Part shown: one piece after another, positions 34,804-49,461 of the stretch
Layout: each line of letters begins with the position of its first letter
Position numbering within the stretch: position 1 is the stretch's first letter
Origin: an uncultured Methylomirabilota bacterium
GTDB lineage: Bacteria > Methylomirabilota > Methylomirabilia > Methylomirabilales > 2-02-FULL-66-22
Length of the DNA: 64,000 nt
Assembly (NCBI GenBank): GCA_963845565.1
Contig: CAWJSJ010000002.1
Coordinates: 704,001 to 768,000 of the forward strand
Direction of reading: 5' to 3'
Notes under the pieces: generated by a model
Databases searched by the model: none
Told to the model about the DNA's origin: nothing
The model's input: only the letters and a program-made list of their open reading frames with translations
Translations under genes and position numbers: made by a program

Positions 34804-35841
34804 GTGAATACCCATACCGTGTTTTGGTTCTCGTTTGTAGCGGTGTATGTGATCGTGTTCTTCATCGACATGTACGTCACCAGCCACCGCCAGGGAGAGA
34901 TTTCAGTGGGCGCGGCGCTGCGCTGGACCGCGCTCTGGATGTCGATTGCGCTCTTGTATGGCGGCGCGATTTATCTGTTTTATCCGCAAAATCCCGGCAG
35001 TACCGTCAACACGGCCACGGAAATCACGATCAAGTACATCGCCGGTTATCTGACCGAATACTCGCTCTCCGTCGACAACCTCTTCGTGTTCATCATGATC
35101 TTCTCGTTGATGGGGGTCCATGAGAAGAACCAGCCCCGCCTGCTCAAGCTGGGCATTCTGCTGTCCATCGTCCTCAGGATCCTGTTCATCCTGGTGGGCA
35201 TGGGGCTGGTGCAGCGGTTCGGCTGGATCCTCTATGTCTTCGGGGCGCTCCTGATCTGGACGGCCTGGAAGATGGCCTTTACGGCCGAAGACGACCATGT
35301 GGACCCGAAGAACAATATCCTGTACAAGCAAGCCTCGAAGATGTTCCCGGTGGATCCCGACCCTCACACGCCGAGATTCTTCACCAAGATCGACGGGAAG
35401 ATCCACATCACCAGCGTGTTGCTCGTTTTTCTTGTGATTGGATCCACCGACGTGCTATTTGCCATTGATTCCATCCCGGCCATCATCGGGGTCATCAAAG
35501 AAGGCGCGTCGAACGTCCTCACGCTTGAAGAGGAGAACTTCATCGCCATCACCTCGAACGTGTTCGCCGTGATGGGGCTGGTCTCGCTGTTCTTCGGCCT
35601 CAAGGGCATCATGGGCATGTTCCGCTACCTGAAGCACGGCGTCAGCTTCATCCTGTTCTTCATCGGGGTGAAGATGATGCTGGGCTTCGTCCCGGCCGTC
35701 GAGCACTTCTTCAAGGCTCATTCCTGGGTGTCGCTGGCCGTGATCGTGGCCACCCTCGCGATGTCCGTGGTGCTGTCGGCGATCATCAAGGAAGAGGTGG
35801 ACGAGGCGGTAAAAGCCGAAAAGGCGACCTCGTCCCACTAG
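34804..35841 (+). CDS. TerC/Alx-family integral membrane protein
   Basis: EYSLSVDNLFVF, DVLFAIDSIPA, TSNVFAVMGL, FRYLK. Confidence 0.9.
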   Translation: MNTHTVFWFSFVAVYVIVFFIDMYVTSHRQGEISVGAALRWTALWMSIALLYGGAIYLFYPQNPGSTVNTATEITIKYIAGYLTEYSLSVDNLFVFIMIFSLMGVHEKNQPRLLKLGILLSIVLRILFILVGMGLVQRFGWILYVFGALLIWTAWKMAFTAEDDHVDPKNNILYKQASKMFPVDPDPHTPRFFTKIDGKIHITSVLLVFLVIGSTDVLFAIDSIPAIIGVIKEGASNVLTLEEENFIAITSNVFAVMGLVSLFFGLKGIMGMFRYLKHGVSFILFFIGVKMMLGFVPAVEHFFKAHSWVSLAVIVATLAMSVVLSAIIKEEVDEAVKAEKATSSH

Positions 35842-35888
35842 CAGCCCGAGGACTGCGTCTCCAGGCGACGGGCTGTCACGGAGCCGCT

Positions 35889-36839
35889 ATGCGCATTCTG
35901 GTGACCGGCGGGAACGGGAGTGTGGGGCAGGGGTTGATCCCGCATCTGCTCGACCGCGGACACCACGTCGTGGTGCTGGATACCGAGCTGGGGGCGGTAC
36001 GAGCGATCGCCCACCCCCAGTTCGCCGTGGTGTCCGGCGGTGTCGAAGACGCGGCCGCGGTGGCCGCGGCAACGCGCGGGGTCGAGGCGATCATCCATCT
36101 CGCCTGGTCGTTCTCGGACGATCCCCTTCACCTCTTGGAGCATGACCTACGGGGCCACGCGTTGCTCCTGGGGGCGGTGCGCGACCAGGGGGTGCGCCAC
36201 TTCATCTACACCAGCACCGCGGTCGTGTACGGGAAACCGGTCCGCACCCCGATTGACGAGGAGCATCCGCTCCGGGTGCTGGACGCCCGCAAGCCCACCT
36301 ACGGGATAGCCAAAGAGTTCGCTGAGAAGTTGACAATCCTCGCCGCGCGGGATACGGCGCTCTCCGCCACGATCCTGCGATTTTGGTGGGCCTTCGGGGA
36401 CGAGATCGGCGGCAGACATCTGCGCGACATGCTCAAGACGGCGGCCTCCGGACAGCCCGTCCGGGTGCCGGCCGATTGCGGCGGAAGCTTTCTCAGCCAG
36501 GAAGATTTCAACCAGGCGGTCGAGACGATTCTCTTCATGCCCGCGACCGGCGGGCGCGTCTTCAACCTCGCCAGTGCCTACGTGACCTGGGAAGAGGTCG
36601 CCCGCATGGTCGTGAAGGTCACCGGAGGAAAGAGCGCGGTCGAAGTGGTGCCGCGCGAGGCCTGGACCGGCGCCGCCTTCTTGGCGGACCGGTGGGAGCT
36701 GACCGATCAACGGATACGGACAGCCGTAGGTTTCAAGCCAAGCCACGATACCGCCGAAGTCCGGGAGGCCCTCGGTCGGGCCATCGCCGGTACCTGGGAA
36801 CGACTTCGTTCTCGGGATGCCGCCTCCCGGACCAGGTGA
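35889..36839 (+). CDS. NAD-dependent epimerase/dehydratase
   Basis: VTGGNGSVG, HLA, SSTAVVYG-like, YGIAK. Confidence 0.88.
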   Translation: MRILVTGGNGSVGQGLIPHLLDRGHHVVVLDTELGAVRAIAHPQFAVVSGGVEDAAAVAAATRGVEAIIHLAWSFSDDPLHLLEHDLRGHALLLGAVRDQGVRHFIYTSTAVVYGKPVRTPIDEEHPLRVLDARKPTYGIAKEFAEKLTILAARDTALSATILRFWWAFGDEIGGRHLRDMLKTAASGQPVRVPADCGGSFLSQEDFNQAVETILFMPATGGRVFNLASAYVTWEEVARMVVKVTGGKSAVEVVPREAWTGAAFLADRWELTDQRIRTAVGFKPSHDTAEVREALGRAIAGTWERLRSRDAASRTR

Positions 36840-36957
36840 ACAGTCGGAGCGACAGGCAAGATCGGAACGCGCGTACGGTTGGCGGATCCGACGGAGAGAG
36901 GCTGCGGTTCGGAGCAAGACCCTCGGCACAGGCGGAAACGGAGGCGCTTACGAAACG

Positions 36958-38430
36958 ATGGAGGACTACTAGCGGGAGGATTGTTCCTCTTGGCGTGTGT
37001 CGTGGCGCCGCTCTGGTGGGCCGAGGAGGCCGCAGCGCAAGGCCGGCCGGCCCTGCCGGCCTTCGCAGGCGCCAAAGAGGGGGGCAGTGTGCATCGGCTG
37101 TCACAGCCGAATGAACAATGCGATGGTATACGAGTGGCGGGCGTCTCGGATGGGGCAAAAGGGAGTCAACTGCTTTGATTGCCATCGCGCGGAGAAAGGG
37201 GACCCCGACGCCTTCGAGCACAACGGTTTTCTCATCTCCGTCATCGTCTCTCCAAAGGATTGCGGCCGTTGCCACCAGAAGCAAGTCGACGAGCAAAAGG
37301 GAAGCCACCACGCCAAGGGCGGTCAGATCCTGGCCTCCATTGACAATTACTTGGGAGAGGTCGTGGGCGGACCCCCCGCCGTGGCCGTCGGCTGCATGCA
37401 ATGCCACGGATCGGAAATCAAGGTCCTGCCGGGCGGGAAGTTCGATCCGGCCACCTGGCCAAACAGCGGGATCGGCCGTATCAATCCCGACGGGAGCTGG
37501 GGGAGTTGCACGGCGTGCCATACGCGCCACCGATTCTCGGTGGAACAGGCCCGCCGCCCCGACGCCTGCGGCAAGTGCCACCTTGGGCCGGACCACCCTC
37601 AGATGGAAGTGTACAAGGAATCCAAGCACGGGATCCTGTACGAGGCGTTTCGAGATAAGCTGAACATGGATCGCCCCAGCTGGGTTGTGGGGAAGGATTA
37701 CACCACGGCGCCGACCTGCTCCACCTGTCACATGAGCGCCACACCGACCCAGGGCGCGACCCACGACGTTGGGGAACGGATCAGCTGGACACTCCGGCCG
37801 GCGATCTCGACTAAACTCAACATGGTGATCTACGAGGACCTGTGGAAAGAGGATCTGCCGGAAGGTGCCGCCCTGCCGAAGAAGGGAGAGGACGTCAAGG
37901 CGAAGGATGGGAAGACGCGGAAGGTCAAGGACGTCCTCACCTGGAAGCAACGGCGCGACCGCATGCAAGATGTCTGTTCGAGCTGTCATGCCGGCGGGCA
38001 GGTTGCAGGCTTCTACAAACAGTTCGACGAACTGGTGGAGCTGTATAACGACAAATTCGCCAAACCGGCCACGGCGATCATGAACGAGCTGTACCAGGCG
38101 AAAAAGCTGACGGCGGTCCCCATGGACGAGAAGCTGGAGTGGACCTACTGGGAGCTCTGGCACCACGAGGGTCGGCGGGCGCGGCACGGCGCCTCCATGT
38201 CCGGCCCGGACTACGCCTGGTGGCACGGCATCTACGACGTGGCCAAGAACTTTTACACCCACTTCATCCCGGAGGTGAAGCAGGTGGCGGGCGAGCCGCT
38301 GGCGACGCAGTTGCTCAACAAGCATGTCTATTCCCAGCCCGGCCACAAATGGGTGAAAGAGGGAATGACCAAGGAGCAATTGCAGCAGATCCAGGAGTTC
38401 TACCGCCAACGGTACGGCACGCAGAAATAG
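36958..38430 (+). CDS. Octaheme hydroxylamine-oxidoreductase-family cytochrome c (indels ~36961 and ~37080 in the signal region)
   Basis: 8 CxxCH; CTACHTRHRFS, CGKCHLGPDHPQ.E.Y.ESKHG, HHEGRRARHGASMSGPDYAWWHG. Confidence 0.85.
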
Positions 38431-38447
38431 CACGGTCGGTCATGTCC

Positions 38448-38485
38448 GCGTGGAGGTGAGGTCCGGTCGGACCTCACCTCCACGC
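38448..38485. terminator. Near-perfect hairpin after the HAO-like gene
   Basis: GCGTGGAGGTGAGGTCCG-GT-CGGACCTCACCTCCACGC. Confidence 0.6.
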
Positions 38486-38757
38486 ATCGGGCTGTGCGCC
38501 CTTGCCGGGTGAAGGCGAACCAGGCGCCGCGTGTGCCACCGGTCGAGATGCAGCCCTCCCGCATTTGTCCGCTTTCGCGTCCATTCCAGGCAGCACCACC
38601 CTTTCCCCTTGGCGAACCGGTCAGTTTGGTTTAGGGTAATCCTCGCTCTGTGGGACGAAGGTGGACCTCCAGCGGGTTTGACCTTTTCCGACATCGGCGG
38701 AAACAGGCATATGCCGGCCGAACGTCGTGCCGGAAATGGCGGAGTACGGGCGAACGC

Positions 38758-39405
38758 ATGGCACTGCTCAGCGACCGGGATGAAAAAGAGGTCCGGACAA
38801 AGCTGGCGGGCTTGACCAGCCGGGTGACGCTGGTCAACTTCACGCAAGAGCTGTCCTGCCAGTATTGCCGAGAGACCGAACAGCTCTTGAAAGAGGTCGC
38901 GGCACTCTCTGACAAGATCGCCCTGGAGGTATACAACTTCCAGCTCGACAAGGCCCAGGTCGCCCAGTACGGCGTGGACAAGATCCCGGCCACGGCCGTG
39001 GTGGGAGCCAAGGACTACGGGATCCGGTTTTACGGCATCCCCCTGGGGTACGAGTTCGGCGCATTCCTGTCGGCGATCGAGGACGTCTCGCGGGGCACCA
39101 CGGATCTGGCGCCCGAGAGCCGCACGGCCCTCGCCGAACTCGCGCAGCCGGTGCGCCTCCAGGTGTTCTCCACCCCCACCTGACCGCACTGCCCGGCCGC
39201 GGTGCGGCTGGCCCAGCAGTTGGCGGTGGAGAGCGATCTGGTCACGGCGGATCTGGTGGAGGTGACGGAATTTCCGTCCCTCGCCCAGCGCTACCAAGTC
39301 CGGGCGGTTCCCCGGACTGTCGTCAACGAGTCGGGGAGTATCGCCGGGGCGCTCCCCGAGGCCGAGTTCGTGAAAGCCGTCATCGCCGCGGCGCAATCGC
39401 GCTGA
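38758..39405 (+). CDS. Protein disulfide oxidoreductase (two thioredoxin folds; PDO/AhpF-NTD-like) with probable selenocysteine at TGA 39181
   Basis: CQYC, RFYGIPLGYEF, VFSTPT-TGA-PHCP; in-frame continuation with AVPRTV; SECIS-like hairpin. Confidence 0.85.
39193..39211 (+). promoter_or_regulatory. Putative bacterial SECIS element
   Basis: CCGGCCGC-GGT-GCGGCTGG; G-led apical loop starts 17 nt after the UGA. Confidence 0.6.
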
Positions 39406-39461
39406 GCGGCTTTCGTTCATACTGCCGGCCCCGCGACACCGCGGGCCAATGGAGATGTCCT

Positions 39462-43034
<3,573 letters not shown>

Positions 43035-43036
43035 CG

Positions 43037-44035
<999 letters not shown>

Positions 44036-44220
44036 GCCCGCGCCCCGCCCCGCTTTCGCAAGTGACAGACGGGCGTTAGGGCTATAGGTTGGAACCGAAA
44101 CAGGGATACGCCCTGGTGGAAAACACAATCTACCGCCAGGGCGTCCCTGTCTCTGCGGCCGCCCATCGACGGACCGTGCTCAGCGCATGATTCGCCTCGA
44201 ACCCCGAAAGGAGACGCCCC

Positions 44221-44886
44221 ATGGACGCTGCCACCGCAGGAGCATCCGTTCCGTCTCTGCCCCGCCTGGGCCAGCCCGCCCCCGCCTTCCAGGCCGAGAC
44301 CACCCACGGAACGCTCCGGCTCGAGGACTTCAAGGGCAGTTGGCTGATTCTGTTCTCTCATCCGGCGGACTTCACGCCCGTGTGCACCACCGAGTTCGTG
44401 GAATTCGCGAAGATCGCGGAGCCGCTCGGCAAGAGGAACGTCCAGTTGATGGGCCTCTCCATCGACAGCACCTATTCCCACATCGCCTGGGTTCGGAACA
44501 TCGAGCAGAATTTCAAGGTGACGATCCCGTTCCCGGTGATCGCGGATCTTAACAAGGAGGTCGCCACCCTGTACGGGATGATCATGCCCGGCGAGAGCAA
44601 GACGGAAACCAGCCGCTGCGTCTTCGTCATCGATCCGAACCAAATCATCCGGGCCATGATCTACTACCCGCTGACCACGGGCCGGAACATGGCCGAGATC
44701 CTGCGGCTCATCGATGCGCTGCAAACGACCGACAAGCACGGAGTGGCCACGCCGGCCAACTGGCGCCCCGGGGACCAGGTGATCGTTCCCCCTCCCAAGA
44801 CCGTCGAGGCGGCCGCCGAGCGCGCGCAGATGCCCGGGATCGAGTGCACCGACTGGTACTTCTCGAAACGGGATCTGCCGAAATAG
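44221..44886 (+). CDS. Peroxiredoxin (Prx6/TDXH type)
   Basis: FSHPADFTPVCTTE, YYPLTTGRN, TPANW, C-terminal CTDWY. Confidence 0.93.
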   Translation: MDAATAGASVPSLPRLGQPAPAFQAETTHGTLRLEDFKGSWLILFSHPADFTPVCTTEFVEFAKIAEPLGKRNVQLMGLSIDSTYSHIAWVRNIEQNFKVTIPFPVIADLNKEVATLYGMIMPGESKTETSRCVFVIDPNQIIRAMIYYPLTTGRNMAEILRLIDALQTTDKHGVATPANWRPGDQVIVPPPKTVEAAAERAQMPGIECTDWYFSKRDLPK

Positions 44887-44910
44887 CACGTCACTGATAA
44901 ATCCGTTTCC

Positions 44911-45037
44911 CCAGGCTGCTCAAAAAGGTCCAGATGCAAGGCGGAGCGCTGTAGCCCGAGCGAGGCGTACTGGAGGTACGTCGCAGCGAGCGGCGAAGCG
45001 CTCCAACGCCGCAGATGGGCCTTTTTCAGCAGCCTGG
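44911..45037. mobile_element. MITE-like repeat, family B
   Basis: ~27-bp imperfect terminal inverted repeats CCAGGCTGCTCAAAAAGGTCCAGATGC / GCAGATGGGCCTTTTTCAGCAGCCTGG. Confidence 0.8.
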
Positions 45038-45048
45038 TAGGAGAGCGC

Positions 45049-45276
45049 ATGCCCTGCGTGAGACCCGACGGGACGCTGGAACCCATGGCACAGGCCATCC
45101 TCCGGGCCCTCGGCACGCCTCGCACGGCGGAAGGGGTGTGTGATCACTTGCGCCTTCCCCTCTATCGCGTGCGAAGCACGGTCCGGGAGCTCGTCGAGGC
45201 AGGCCTGGTCGCGGACGCGGATGGAACGCTCCGCCTGACCGACGCAGGGGCCGCCAGAATCCTGGAGCAAGCGTGA
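45049..45276 (+). CDS. Small winged-helix protein
   Basis: MPCVRPDG; LPLYRVRSTVRELVEAGLV..LTDAG wHTH pattern; RBS AGGAG. Confidence 0.6.
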   Translation: MPCVRPDGTLEPMAQAILRALGTPRTAEGVCDHLRLPLYRVRSTVRELVEAGLVADADGTLRLTDAGAARILEQA

Positions 45277-45467
45277 CGGCTCGGCCGGCGTAACCGCGCC
45301 CCGACGCACCGTCTGGTGTGCCTCGACCGTCCCCACCCTGCCCCGCCCCAAGAGGTCTTTCCCGCGTCGCCCCCTTTTGATATGGTAAGGGCACGCCTGC
45401 GCCTCGCGTCGGGCATTTCCTCGGGATCGGCGCCTGCGCGTCGAGAGCACACGCCGGGAGGACCGCC

Positions 45468-46805
45468 ATGGACTATCCGCTCTTTCTCGTGCCGCACATC
45501 GGCGGAGGCTGGCTGATCGGCGGGATCGCGATCTTCCACGTCATCATCGCCCACTTCGCCATCGGCGGCGGACTGCTCATGGTGGCGACGGAGCAGGTCG
45601 CGGCGCGACGCAACGACGCGTTCTGGCTGGCCTTCGTCCGCAAACACTCCCTGTTCCTGGTTCTGTTGTCTGCGGTCCTCGGCGCCCTGAGCGGGGTGGG
45701 CATCTGGTTCACGATCGGGCTGGTCCACCCCGCGGCCACGGCGTCTCTCATCCGCACTTTCGTGTGGGGCTGGGCCATCGAGTGGGTCTTCTTCGTCGTG
45801 GAGCTCGCCGCGGCGCTGCTGTACGTGGGGACGTGGGACCGGGTGTCCAGGCGGACACACCTTGCCATAGGGTGGATCTACTTTGTGGCCGCCTATTTCA
45901 GCCTGGTCGTCATCAACGGCATTGTGACGTTCATGCTGACGCCGGGGCACTGGCTTCAGACGCGCACCTTCTGGGACGGCTTCTTCAATCCCACCTACTG
46001 GCCCTCCCTGGTCCTCCGCACCGGCATCGCCCTGATGCTGGCGGGCGCCTACGGCTGGCTGGTAGCGACCCGACTTCCCAGGAACGGCGAGCGCAACGGT
46101 CTGGTCCGGTACCTGTCCGCCTGGGGCGTCGCGGGGGTGGCCGTGACGGGGCTGGGCTTCGTCTGGTGGTCGGGGAACATCCCGGCGGACGCGCGGGACC
46201 TGATCTTCCCTGCGGCGGGGTTGCTGCGATCTACCTATGTCATGGGGCTCGCGGCCCTCGGGCTGCTGGCGGTGCTGCTGGTTACCGTCGGTTTCCTGGC
46301 GCCACGGGCGTTCGGGGTCACGGCGGCGATTCTGGCCGTCTTGTTGACGGGCGCGCACTTCGGCGCCTACGAGCGGGTCCGGGAGGGCGCACGCAAGCCG
46401 TACGTCATCCACGGCTACATGTACAGCAACGGGATCCGGGTGGATGAAGTGGATCGGCTGAACCGGGACGGGATCCTGAGCAAGGCCCGATGGGCGGCCG
46501 TGGGCGTCGCCCCCGGTCCGACATCCCTCGGACATCAGGTGTTCCGCGCCCAGTGCCAGATGTGCCACAGCCTGGACGGTTACCTGGCGATCCGGCCGCT
46601 CGTGGCGGGTCAGGATGCGGAGGGACTGGTGGCATTCCTGGAGGCGCTCCGCGCCGGGCGGCCGGGGATGCCGCCGATCGTGGGCACGGAAGAAGAGATC
46701 AAGGCCCTGGCCGAGTACCTGGTTTCTCTCCTCGGCGCCACCTCGAAGGTCGCGGTCGGACCAATTAGGACCGCCCAAGGGGCGGTCCTGGGAGGTGCGC
46801 AATGA
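45468..46805 (+). CDS. Cytochrome bd subunit I-like membrane protein fused to a C-terminal cytochrome c
   Basis: FHVIIAHFAIGGG, GVGIWF, WAIEWVFFVVE, FMLTPG, FFNPT, REGARKPY, CQMCH..GMPP. Confidence 0.75.
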   Translation: MDYPLFLVPHIGGGWLIGGIAIFHVIIAHFAIGGGLLMVATEQVAARRNDAFWLAFVRKHSLFLVLLSAVLGALSGVGIWFTIGLVHPAATASLIRTFVWGWAIEWVFFVVELAAALLYVGTWDRVSRRTHLAIGWIYFVAAYFSLVVINGIVTFMLTPGHWLQTRTFWDGFFNPTYWPSLVLRTGIALMLAGAYGWLVATRLPRNGERNGLVRYLSAWGVAGVAVTGLGFVWWSGNIPADARDLIFPAAGLLRSTYVMGLAALGLLAVLLVTVGFLAPRAFGVTAAILAVLLTGAHFGAYERVREGARKPYVIHGYMYSNGIRVDEVDRLNRDGILSKARWAAVGVAPGPTSLGHQVFRAQCQMCHSLDGYLAIRPLVAGQDAEGLVAFLEALRAGRPGMPPIVGTEEEIKALAEYLVSLLGATSKVAVGPIRTAQGAVLGGAQ

Positions 46806-47904
46806 TCGTTCCGCCGATTCCCGCCCTGGATCCGACGCCCCTGCCGGCTCCGGCCTGGCTGTTCCAGGTCCTCTTGTTCGTGACGTTCTTCGTCCACATC
46901 CTGTTCCTCAACGTGACCCTCGGGGGATCCGTCATCGGCGCCGTCCACGCGTCGCTGGCCAGGGGACAGGACGCGCCGGGACGCCGACTGGGACGGCTGC
47001 TGGCTGGGTTGTTGCCCGCGAGCGTCTCGTTCACCGTGACCACCGGCGTGGCGCCGCTCCTCTTCATCCAGCTCATGTACGGGCAGCTCTTCTACGCGTC
47101 CACGGTGTTGGTCGGCTGGATCTGGCTGGCCATACTGCCCATGATCGTGATGGGGTATTACGCCGTGTACCTTTACAAGTTCGAGGTCGGGTCGCCGGGC
47201 GGACACCCCGCCTGGCTGAGCGTCGCGGGGCTCTGCTTCATCGCCGTGGCGGCCGTCCAGGTGCTCGTGAACGTCCTGCAGCTCACGCCCCCGCGCTGGG
47301 CCGCGGTCGCGGTGGCGATCGGGTCCGCCCTCCAGGACCCGACCCTGCTGCCGCGATATCTGCACTTCCTGTTCGGGTCGCTGGCAGTGGCGGGGATCTT
47401 CCTGGCCGTCGTGGCGGTGGAGCGGGCGCACCGGACACCCGACCCCTTCTTCGACGTGGCTGGCCCGGCGGGGCATCTTCTGGGCCCTGGCCGCTACGGG
47501 TCTGCAGATGGTGGACGGGTTCTGGTTCCTCTTTTCGCTGCCCGCGGGAGGTGCTTGCTCGCGCTAGTGGGCGGGACAGCCGTGGCCCACGATTCACCTG
47601 GCCATCGGCATGGGCCTGGGGTTCCTGGCGCTGATCCTGCTGTCCGGTGCGCGACAGCCGGAGCGTCAGCGGAGCCTGGTCCGGTTCACGGCCGGCGTCC
47701 TGCTCGGCGACCATGCTCGCCATGGTCGGCCTGCGCGACGTGGTGCGGGGGTTGTACCTCGGATCGCTGATCAGAATCCGGGAGCTTCCCAGCCACATCC
47801 AGATGGATGTGACCATTCTGTTCCTGGTTGTCTTTGTCCTTGGGTTGGCCACGGTGGCCTGGATGGTGCGGACCGTCCTCCGAGGGCGTCGGACGCCCGC
47901 GTGA
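46802..47904 (+). CDS. Partner membrane subunit of the bd-like protein (frameshifts ~47450-47710)
   Basis: TFFVHILF, TTGVAPLLFIQLMYG, PRYLHF; overlapping start ATGA. Confidence 0.65.
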
Positions 47905-48111
47905 GAATGTCAAATCTTCTCCAGCTTCTGCTTTCGGTACCCATCTCACAATTGTGCTCCACGGCGTGCCGTCGGGAGGGACGATAACCACTGCCGGAGC
48001 GCCCGGGCGGCGAACCTTTCCGGCTATAGTTGGAACAGGCCGGTATCCTGCGATGGGGTCGTGCTTCCGCGAGCATTGACTACTCTTTCCCGAGGTCCCA
48101 AGGAGGCGCAA

Positions 48112-49389
48112 GTGGGCCGACGCATGTGGCGGATTGCCAGAGGCGCAGCGCTCGTTGGATGTCTTCTCGGGCTCGCGGCCGTTGCCCTCGCGTTCTTTCT
48201 TCGCCCCATCCCGGTGACGGTCGCCCGGGTCTCCGTGCGGGACCTCGCACCGAGAGTGCAGGGCGTGGGGACGGTGGAGGCGAAACTGGTCGTGCAGGTC
48301 GGGGCGAAGATCACGGGGCGCGTGATCGCCGTCCTGGTTGACCAGGGAGATACGGTCCGGCCCGGGCAGGTCCTGGTCCGCCTGGAGGATACCGAGCAAG
48401 CGGCGCAGGTTGACCAGGCCCAGGCCGCTGTGCTGCGGGCGCGGCTGACCGTCACGGCGCAAGAAGCGGCGCTCAAGAAGGCCCAGGCCGCCGTCGGGGC
48501 GGCGGAGGCGGCGGTTGCGCGGGTGCGGGCCACCGAAGCCCTGACCCGCGTCAATGCAGCGCGCTGGCGCCAACTCCATGCCGACGGCGGAGTCTCCCGA
48601 GCGGACATGGACGCCCGGGTGACCGAGGCGTTGGCCGCCGGCGAGGAGATCAAGAACATCGAGGCGCAGCGCCAGTCCGCCGGAGAAGAAGTGGCGTTTC
48701 TCAAGGCCAACCTAGAGGTGGTGCGGCAAGACATCCTGGTTGCAGAGGCGGCCCTCGCAGCCGCTCGGGCGCGTCAGGGGGATACGGTCATCCGGAGCCC
48801 GTTGGCCGGCATCGTGGTAAATCGAGACCTTGAGCCGGGAGCCACGGTGGGTCCCGGCGCCACCATCCTCAAGATTGCGGACCCGCGGACGGTCTGGGTG
48901 ACGGTTCACGTTGACGAACGAGAGACCGGCGCCATCGCCGTCGGCGATTCGGCGGAGGTCGCCTTGCGTTCGCTGCGCGGCCGAAACCTCCCCGGCCGGA
49001 TCGTCCGGATCCGCCGTGAGAGCGATCGGGTCACGGAGCAACTGGCGATCGACATCGCCTTCGAGGAACGGCCGCCGCGCCTGACGCTGGGGGAGCAGGC
49101 CGAGGCCACCATTCGGTCCCAGGGGCCGCAAGGTGCGGTGGCTCTCCCGCTGGCGGCACTCATCCGGACTCCTGACGGGCCCGCTGCAATTGCGGTGACG
49201 AACGGTCGGCTGCAGTTTCGCACGCTACGCATCGGGGTTGCCGACCCGGCTGGTTGGGTGCAGGTGCTGGACGGTTTCGGGGCCGGCGACGATGTGGTGC
49301 TCGCGCCCGGCAACCTGGCAGACCCCAAAAACAACGGGCGGCGAGTCAGAATCGTCAATGCAGAATCGACAACCGACAATCCCAAATGA
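48112..49389 (+). CDS. Efflux periplasmic adaptor (MFP, MacA-like)
   Basis: N-terminal TM, VDQGDTVRPGQVL, coiled coil, IRSPLAGIV. Confidence 0.9.
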   Translation: MGRRMWRIARGAALVGCLLGLAAVALAFFLRPIPVTVARVSVRDLAPRVQGVGTVEAKLVVQVGAKITGRVIAVLVDQGDTVRPGQVLVRLEDTEQAAQVDQAQAAVLRARLTVTAQEAALKKAQAAVGAAEAAVARVRATEALTRVNAARWRQLHADGGVSRADMDARVTEALAAGEEIKNIEAQRQSAGEEVAFLKANLEVVRQDILVAEAALAAARARQGDTVIRSPLAGIVVNRDLEPGATVGPGATILKIADPRTVWVTVHVDERETGAIAVGDSAEVALRSLRGRNLPGRIVRIRRESDRVTEQLAIDIAFEERPPRLTLGEQAEATIRSQGPQGAVALPLAALIRTPDGPAAIAVTNGRLQFRTLRIGVADPAGWVQVLDGFGAGDDVVLAPGNLADPKNNGRRVRIVNAESTTDNPK

Positions 49390-49461
49390 AAATAACCCGT
49401 TGGCCGGTTTTCGCGCGCTACCCTCGAAGCGAATCCGTGCTCCATTGACTGGATTTCTCGC

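Noticed and set aside
36958..38430. Evidence for ammonia oxidation or anammox
   Set aside because: An HAO-family fold alone is not diagnostic; no amo, hzs or cycAB genes and no clear cross-link Tyr
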